This document shows, in pieces, positions 57,156 to 64,000 of a stretch of 64,000 nucleotides of DNA. The notes beneath the pieces were generated by a model. The model saw only the letters and a list, made by a program, of their open reading frames with translations, was not told the origin of the DNA and ran no database searches. Source of the DNA: a virus (lineage: Duplodnaviria > Caudoviricetes). Every line of letters begins with the position of its first letter. Within the stretch, counting starts at the first letter, position 1. The stretch is taken from IMG/VR virus record IMGVR_UViG_3300032225_001145, positions 32,001-96,000 of that record, one strand, 5' to 3'. The position numbers and the translations under genes are program-made.

Positions 57156-60100
57156 TTAAATTCCGCCCCTTAAAAACAGGGCCATTGGATTGTTTGTTAT
57201 TTGTAGGGGAACTCCGTCCGAAGCTGTATCTACGCCAGGATTATACCAGCTTGTACCTTTACGAACAAATATGCTAACTTCTGTTCCTGCGTCCGGGGCT
57301 GTAACAAAAATAACCACAACAGGATCTAAATTAGATAAAGTATATCCACTAGTTTGTAATGTGCCGCCTAAATAAACTTCTACAGCTCGACTATTACTTG
57401 CCGCACCAGGATCATACTCACCATTAATTCCGTCAGTAGAATATAAAGTACTATCATATGGTGTAGATGCTACCCATTCGTTAGCGTTATTAACTACAAG
57501 TGTTGATGTGAATACTTTTGTCGAGCCATCTCCTAAGAAAGACTCACTTTCAATATAATCCTGATATTGTGCTGGCAATAAATTGCCACGACCCATATCA
57601 TATACATACGCACCAACAGCGTGTGAATCTGCGCCAGTGCCTGCTGTGCCGCGCAGTAAACTACTAATTGTGTTATCAGTTAAATCAATATCACGATACA
57701 TAATGCGTTCGCCATCAATAGTCACAACACCCCATACATTGGCAGCAAAATCAGGAATACTTAATGCGCTAGCATTAACTACATGAATAATATCATCTGT
57801 GGCGCTGACCGCTTGTGCTACAGTAGTTGTAGTAGCAGATGTCATACGATAAGTGGCTTGCATGCCGCGCATGTCTTGGAATATTCTAAACTCCATAGCT
57901 TCTGGCACTACCGAGCTAGTGACATTAATTACCATAAGAATATCTCCAGTGCCAATTACTCCGCTATTCAATGTTAAAATATTTCCTTCTATTGTATAAT
58001 CTATGTAAGGACTTAATACTCTACAGTTACTATCAACATGTTTTAAAAATACCCAAGCACGAGCTGCATCTGTGTAAGATTGATACAACACAAAATCATT
58101 TTCAGAAATTGTTATTCCTTCTTGATAACTATAGGATCCTGGATCATCATTTTGTACTGCCGAGGAATATAAAGTGGTATCAAATCCTTCTTCAATTACA
58201 ATACCTTCTGTGATTGTAACTGGGCCAACAAATATTTGTGTGGATAATCTTTGTTCTCTAGTATCGTTAAATGTAGTTACAGAAATAACTTGTCCATTGT
58301 CTGGTACTATTCCAGTTCCTGGAATAAATGACAATGTTCGTGCTACGGGATCAATAGTATATTGAGCCAATTCGTCTACAGCGATATAAATTTCAGTCCC
58401 TGCAGCTGGTGGCGTGTCAAATAAAACAAATTTAGTATTAATGTCGAGATCATACGGTGCGATTGAATAATTATCGCCAAGACTATCTCCACTAAATCCG
58501 GTATAAACTCCTAAAGTATAATCTGTTGGGTTTATTTGTAATATTCCATCAACATAAACTTTAACATTAGAATCAGATATCGTTGTGTAATCTATGCCTG
58601 TGCGTTCTGGGAATGCATATCCGTTGGTATTACCATCGCCTACATATGGAACACCAGCTGAACCTATTGCGGTTACTCCGCCAATAGTAACCATTGCTAC
58701 TAGTGGATTAGTATATTCTAAATTTATTGTTGGATCTAACTCGTAATCATCATATTGACCAGTAACGGCCATTAAATATTGTGTAGTTGGTACGCTCCAA
58801 CTATAATTTGTAGTTACATCATTGATTGTAGTAGGTCCAATTGCTACCAAACTAATAAAATCTGTTGAATTATAAGTATTATCAAAGTTAATTAATGTTG
58901 TACCAAATGTCACGCTAGCATTGTCAATAAATGTAAATGCCGTAGTAGTTGTGCCGTTAACAAATACAGCAATTTCTTGTATTAATTCATACTGTACAGG
59001 AATTACTAAACTATTTCCTACCTCAGCGCCGTTGTAAACATTTTTGTATAGCTGATTTCCACCACCTAATTCATAGACATATATTGCTAAACGATCGCCA
59101 TCAGCAACTAATAGTGAAGAATTGGAAATAGTAATTGTTTGATTGACCCAATCTATTGTATAGTCATACCCTTGGGATAAATCATATCCTTGCGTAGTAT
59201 CCGTAATTTCTATAGCAACAGGGTATGGCTGTAATCCTGCAAAACTTATAGTTGGATTACTATTATCGTAGATAACTTGTAATGTAACTTGTGGGAACCC
59301 GTGTCCTAATCCTTGCCAATCTGCCCCTGGAGTTGTATAAACACGGAAATCCAATGTGTCAAACTCAATTCCTGGCACTAATTCTTCAGGAGCATGACTT
59401 TCATAGACATCTACATATTTGCCACCGTCTATATTAATATCTGAAACTGCTGTTCCTGTTGGTATTGGGCCGGTTTCCAATGTTCCATAGAAACTTCGGA
59501 ATATAGTATTAAGTATACCTAAATCATATGTTGGTTGTCCGTTAGCATCAAGAGAAATATTGTCATATACATTAATATCAAAATTGCCACGGTCAAACCC
59601 TGTGTCTTGATTAAATGTTACTGCTGATACTTGTACTCCTGGATAATCTATGCCGTCAATTAACAATGGTAAATTAAGCCCTGGATTGTTGACTGTGCTT
59701 ACATAATAACCTTGTGTACGGTTAACTCCGCTTAATATGCCGGGGTTTACTATAGTCCACTCTGCGGGATCAAAAACAGAATTTTGTACATACCCGTCTG
59801 TTCCGTTGGCCGCATATACAACATTATTATGTCGAACTTGCGTTCCGTTAATGTATTTGACTAGTACTGTACCGTTTAATTGTCCGTTATATCCAGCCCC
59901 GGTATAGGTAGTAGGATAAGTTAAATTGATTGTTGAACAAGATGATACTGAATAAGTTCCGTTTAGTGCTGAAACCGATACACCGTTTATGGAAATACTA
60001 TTGCCGTCGGAGAAAGGTATCGAAGTTTGTTCATATTCGAATGTTGCTGTCGCAATGCCATTAGATGCTACTACATTTGTTAAATCTATAATAATAAATT

Positions 60101-63100
60101 CTGTAGGAGTCCAATCAACAATATCTGATTGATATTCGTATCGATCGTATTTTAATGTTAAGTTTAACGAGCGTACTGAAGGATTGCCCATAATTGAAAC
60201 AGCACGAGCTATTTGTCCAACAAATTGTAAAATAACAGTTCCATTTGTTACTGTGACTGTATTAGTAATAGCTGTTCCAGTACCAGATCCAGTGCCAGTA
60301 GCTATAAAGACTATGCCTGATTGGTTACTATCAGCACCAATTGCTGTAAAATCAGTAGTGCCTACAAATTGAATTGTATATGTTGATCCTATAATAAAAT
60401 TGCCTGCGTTAATAATTCTAGTAATAGGTTCTGCATTACCTAATGTTCCTGCGGTAGTAACTTTGTAGATAGTATTTTCAGAAGTTATGATAGATTCATT
60501 TGATACAACAGTTAGTCCTGCTGACCAAAGAGTTGGTTCTTCTGGCAAGCCGCCGCCACTAATAGTTATGACAGCATCTGTAGTATATCCTGAGCCAGGA
60601 TTATTAATAGTAATTCCAATAACTTGCCCTGAAGTGTTGATAATGGCTGTCATTGACGCTTGTTCGACACAAGTACCAGTAACTGTGACCACTGGCGTAG
60701 AAGTATATCCAGCACCGCCAATAGGAATAGTTACAGCGTCAACACTTAACAAATAATTTTGATACCATTGGCTATACAAACTTGGATATTGCCAAATTTG
60801 TGCGTTAGGAGCTGTATTACTTGCCGACGAATGGCTAGTGGTGATAGCCTCAGTATATGGAGTTAATATTGGGCTTACAAATTGCGGATCAGAAAGTGTC
60901 GAATCCCAATAAGCCGGCAAATCGTAGTCTGTAATATCGCCTAAGAAATCATCTTCGCCGGTATAAATTAAATTAAATTGTCTAACTTGTACGTGATAAG
61001 GTTTAACTTCCTGGAAATATTTAAGAACAAAATTTTGATCTCCAGAAAGATATGATTGATACGGCAATAACGAACGAATTTTATGATTAACATCAACATA
61101 ACTAGTTTTAATTAACCAAGACGGATCAATAAACTGACTATACACATAGTTAAATATTAATATTAAACTACTATTACGCTCATATTCTAAATCTTCAACA
61201 TAAATTTCTTCGTTTAAAGCACGGAGGATATATCTAGTTTCTACTTGCGGAGTCTCGTCAAAATATTGAGAATCAAAAACTTGAGCATCGAACCCAAAAT
61301 TTCCAACGGTATAATTCCATAAATCTTCTTTAAAAGCTATAGTGCCATCTTCTAATCCCACACGAGTCCAACCAATATATGGATCTGGTCCTGAACGCTT
61401 ATAAATTTCAAATTTACCTGCGCCGTTGCTGACGACTCTTACTGAACTGCCAACAGGAGCTGTTTCTAAACTTAATGTTGATAGTTGTCCGTAATTTTGT
61501 ACGGCAGCCACTGGGGCTATAGAAGAATTATAACCTGGCAAATACCAATTGACATAATACCAATATTCTGGTGTATCGTAACTTTGTACTTGATGTAAAT
61601 CTAAGGTTTGCGGAGCAGTAATTTCATATATAGTCCAACGACCGTTTTGGGAACTATCTGATAACACCAAATACTTGTAACCAACTGGTATTGAGGCAAG
61701 ATTCTGATAGCCTAATATTTCTAAATTAGCTACTTTAGTATTCCAAACTATAGTAGTTGCTGACCCTGTACCAGATCCACTGCCGGTCGCAACAAAACTT
61801 ACTCCTGCTGTGTTACTACTAGCACCAATCGTTGTAAAATTAGTAGTGCCTACAGTTAATATAGTGTAAGTTGTTCCTATAACAAAATTTCCAGCTGTCA
61901 CAGTAACATCTGAAGTAGGAATTGGTTCAGAACTATTCAATAAATTAAAACTACGAGTTTCTGAAATTGGGTATTGTGCCAATACTGTATTAGCACGACC
62001 TAAATAATTTTCTAATGCTGTAAATCTATCGTCAAACATACTTTGACGAGGACGGAATTGAACTCCGTATTTCATACCAGGACTTAATAAAGGATCGGGT
62101 ACTGGATTGCCTACTGTGTCAAGACCGCACATACTATCTAAAAATTTACGATATAAATTTGTATTCAAGAAAGACGAATCTATACCGTCTGTAATAATTT
62201 GGTATTCTTGATGTATTACCGCATCTGTGATTTCTCTATCAAATCCAATACTTAAAATAGTATTTGAAGCATTTAATAAATTTTGTGCATTATAAATTGC
62301 TATAGTAGAAGCATTAAGACCGGCTATGTAAGGTAATCCACTACTTCTAGGATCAAGTATATAACTAGACACAGCAGTTGGACTTAATGTTTTTCCTGAT
62401 CCAGTTGCCACCGTAGTAATTCCTTTTACCCAGAAATAATATAGTGTAGTAAAGATATTATTTTGTCCTAACTGACTAGAAATAACATAGCTTGTTGTAC
62501 TTAATGGTGTACCGGTGCCGGTATAATTTGACGGAGGGTTTGCACTTTCAACCCATTGATAGATGTCTACTTTACTTCCTGGGAATGTTTGTCCCCACCG
62601 GCGACTAGCATAAACTATGTCATCCTGATTTGGATCAATGAATCTAACAGTATCGGTATCCCACCACATTTGTCCAATATGTTCTTTGCTCCAAGTTTGT
62701 CCATTATTGTGTACAGATCCTTGATTATATTGAGCCGGATCTACTGCGCCAATATAATCGATGTTACTACGAGCTATTCCTAATATTTTTCCTTGTAGTG
62801 GATCAAAGAAATCAAAATATGTTTGATATTGTCCTGTTATGGTAGTATTAACTCCAGCAGATTGTTCGCCGTTATAAGAAAAAACGCCGTTAATTCCATA
62901 TACATCAACGACTGGTTGTTGAGTTCTTATTGGTTTCCAAGATGGGGTGTTGTCAGGATTTTGAAATACTGCAGCGTAGCCTGCCGAAGTAGTGTTATTA
63001 ACTGTTCCGCCAGTGGCACCGACCATTAATTTTCCAGTGACATAACTTACAGATGTTCCAAATCTATCACCCGATTTAATACTTACATTTTTAGTATTGA

Positions 63101-64000
63101 TATAAATTTGTTGACCAAATGCAAACTGACCAGGATTATTAATACTCTTATTGCTACTTGGGAAATAATCATAGGTATACGCTACTCCTCCATTAATAAT
63201 TGGATTGTAAAAGGTTGTACTGTGTTCGTCAAAATATGTTTGACCGGCATCGAATGTTGTTGGTTCGTATACATTTCCATTAGGAGATCCAACAATTAAG
63301 TTAACAGCTGAAGTATCTATACTTAAACTAGCACCAAACTGTCCATTAAATACTGGCGCAGGACTTAATATTTGTTGAGTGAGTACAAAAGTATTAAATC
63401 CTAATTGATTGAATACTGACGATACTGTGCCAGGTAATACCGTGATATAATTATAAGGGATACCACCATTTATATTTTTAACTGATATAGTTAAACGACC
63501 CGAAATAATTGTTATCTTTCTACCAGCTAACGGAGCATACAAGAAATAAATATTTTGTGTAGCGTTGTCGTAGGTATAATCTGTGCCAGCAGTTTGTTTT
63601 ATATTATCTATATAAACTACAGTAGTATAAGAACTAGCAGAAGAATATAAATCTCCTATATAGAATATTTTTGTACTACCATCACCTAAAAATTCTAAAT
63701 TAGATGTTGTAGATGCTAGCACATTTGGAATATTAGCAGCATTTATTGCAGCCGCAAAACCTTCTATTGTGTTATTAGCGCCAGAAGGTACAGTTACTTG
63801 AGTATCATTTATTCTTAAGGTGCCGCCAGCGGTTAATGTTGGGTTAGCTATAGTAGAAGTTGTAATTCCATACACTCTAGACTGATTTACTTGGTGATCA
63901 ACTGAGCCAGCAAGGTCAAGTCTGGTACTATCAAACGGGGCGCCGAGATATAAACTACAATTTAACGGGCAGGAGTCAATAGCAAATCCATACTGAGCAT
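57156..64000 (-). CDS. Giant virion protein (baseplate wedge/tail-like), 5'-truncated by window
   Basis: >2270 aa; frame stays open to base 64000; FG-GAP-like repeats, GAGYTS/PGSGYT and GDG.T..F modules, EVKPYH. Confidence 0.75.
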   Translation of the reverse strand, partial: AQYGFAIDSCPLNCSLYLGAPFDSTRLDLAGSVDHQVNQSRVYGITTSTIANPTLTAGGTLRINDTQVTVPSGANNTIEGFAAAINAANIPNVLASTTSNLEFLGDGSTKIFYIGDLYSSASSYTTVVYIDNIKQTAGTDYTYDNATQNIYFLYAPLAGRKITIISGRLTISVKNINGGIPYNYITVLPGTVSSVFNQLGFNTFVLTQQILSPAPVFNGQFGASLSIDTSAVNLIVGSPNGNVYEPTTFDAGQTYFDEHSTTFYNPIINGGVAYTYDYFPSSNKSINNPGQFAFGQQIYINTKNVSIKSGDRFGTSVSYVTGKLMVGATGGTVNNTTSAGYAAVFQNPDNTPSWKPIRTQQPVVDVYGINGVFSYNGEQSAGVNTTITGQYQTYFDFFDPLQGKILGIARSNIDYIGAVDPAQYNQGSVHNNGQTWSKEHIGQMWWDTDTVRFIDPNQDDIVYASRRWGQTFPGSKVDIYQWVESANPPSNYTGTGTPLSTTSYVISSQLGQNNIFTTLYYFWVKGITTVATGSGKTLSPTAVSSYILDPRSSGLPYIAGLNASTIAIYNAQNLLNASNTILSIGFDREITDAVIHQEYQIITDGIDSSFLNTNLYRKFLDSMCGLDTVGNPVPDPLLSPGMKYGVQFRPRQSMFDDRFTALENYLGRANTVLAQYPISETRSFNLLNSSEPIPTSDVTVTAGNFVIGTTYTILTVGTTNFTTIGASSNTAGVSFVATGSGSGTGSATTIVWNTKVANLEILGYQNLASIPVGYKYLVLSDSSQNGRWTIYEITAPQTLDLHQVQSYDTPEYWYYVNWYLPGYNSSIAPVAAVQNYGQLSTLSLETAPVGSSVRVVSNGAGKFEIYKRSGPDPYIGWTRVGLEDGTIAFKEDLWNYTVGNFGFDAQVFDSQYFDETPQVETRYILRALNEEIYVEDLEYERNSSLILIFNYVYSQFIDPSWLIKTSYVDVNHKIRSLLPYQSYLSGDQNFVLKYFQEVKPYHVQVRQFNLIYTGEDDFLGDITDYDLPAYWDSTLSDPQFVSPILTPYTEAITTSHSSASNTAPNAQIWQYPSLYSQWYQNYLLSVDAVTIPIGGAGYTSTPVVTVTGTCVEQASMTAIINTSGQVIGITINNPGSGYTTDAVITISGGGLPEEPTLWSAGLTVVSNESIITSENTIYKVTTAGTLGNAEPITRIINAGNFIIGSTYTIQFVGTTDFTAIGADSNQSGIVFIATGTGSGTGTAITNTVTVTNGTVILQFVGQIARAVSIMGNPSVRSLNLTLKYDRYEYQSDIVDWTPTEFIIIDLTNVVASNGIATATFEYEQTSIPFSDGNSISINGVSVSALNGTYSVSSCSTINLTYPTTYTGAGYNGQLNGTVLVKYINGTQVRHNNVVYAANGTDGYVQNSVFDPAEWTIVNPGILSGVNRTQGYYVSTVNNPGLNLPLLIDGIDYPGVQVSAVTFNQDTGFDRGNFDINVYDNISLDANGQPTYDLGILNTIFRSFYGTLETGPIPTGTAVSDINIDGGKYVDVYESHAPEELVPGIEFDTLDFRVYTTPGADWQGLGHGFPQVTLQVIYDNSNPTISFAGLQPYPVAIEITDTTQGYDLSQGYDYTIDWVNQTITISNSSLLVADGDRLAIYVYELGGGNQLYKNVYNGAEVGNSLVIPVQYELIQEIAVFVNGTTTTAFTFIDNASVTFGTTLINFDNTYNSTDFISLVAIGPTTINDVTTNYSWSVPTTQYLMAVTGQYDDYELDPTINLEYTNPLVAMVTIGGVTAIGSAGVPYVGDGNTNGYAFPERTGIDYTTISDSNVKVYVDGILQINPTDYTLGVYTGFSGDSLGDNYSIAPYDLDINTKFVLFDTPPAAGTEIYIAVDELAQYTIDPVARTLSFIPGTGIVPDNGQVISVTTFNDTREQRLSTQIFVGPVTITEGIVIEEGFDTTLYSSAVQNDDPGSYSYQEGITISENDFVLYQSYTDAARAWVFLKHVDSNCRVLSPYIDYTIEGNILTLNSGVIGTGDILMVINVTSSVVPEAMEFRIFQDMRGMQATYRMTSATTTTVAQAVSATDDIIHVVNASALSIPDFAANVWGVVTIDGERIMYRDIDLTDNTISSLLRGTAGTGADSHAVGAYVYDMGRGNLLPAQYQDYIESESFLGDGSTKVFTSTLVVNNANEWVASTPYDSTLYSTDGINGEYDPGAASNSRAVEVYLGGTLQTSGYTLSNLDPVVVIFVTAPDAGTEVSIFVRKGTSWYNPGVDTASDGVPLQITNNPMALFLRGGI

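Noticed and set aside
57190-63299. Many short + strand ORFs within the giant gene
   Set aside because: Antisense shadows produced by codon bias of the long - strand CDS
1-64000. Stop-codon reassignment, as in some large phages
   Set aside because: Genes are intact and tightly packed under code 11, all three stops are used and no suppressor tRNA is present
1-64000. CRISPR array, diversity-generating retroelement, integrase, transposase, intron or intein
   Set aside because: No regularly spaced repeats, TR/VR pair, RT, recombinase or splicing motifs seen by eye; a short or degenerate element could be missed

Overview
AT-rich, gene-dense 64-kb segment of a large lytic tailed dsDNA phage (myovirus-like, probably with a proteobacterial host; host and taxon are inferred, not searched). 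Left arm (+): end of a QueD-like gene, an NDP-sugar/glycosyltransferase cluster, a phosphoribosyltransferase, QueE, a cytidylyltransferase, a T4 RNase H-like exonuclease and MazG-like proteins. Middle (10.8-30 kb): a translation island with 14 tRNAs, a circularly permuted (two-piece) tmRNA with a 29-codon tag frame, several unassigned structured RNAs, a TorF-like porin and an RNA polymerase omega-like gene. It also holds a leader-peptide/antiterminator/terminator attenuator directly upstream of the main tRNA block. Spread from 14.5 to 50 kb is a large set of tailoring enzymes: 11 Fe(II)/2OG-type oxygenases, 5 PP-loop ATPases, 4 radical SAM enzymes, 3 GNAT-like proteins, a sulfotransferase, a nitroreductase and a fatty-acid desaturase. 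Many of these sit behind a TAAATA-N4-8-ATG motif that suggests leaderless late transcripts. A MoxR/VWA pair brackets an array of small paralogous proteins. Right arm (-): glycosyltransferase-like genes, tail-fibre-like genes and a giant baseplate-like protein that runs off the window. All calls come from reading motifs and base-pairing by eye; no database search was run.
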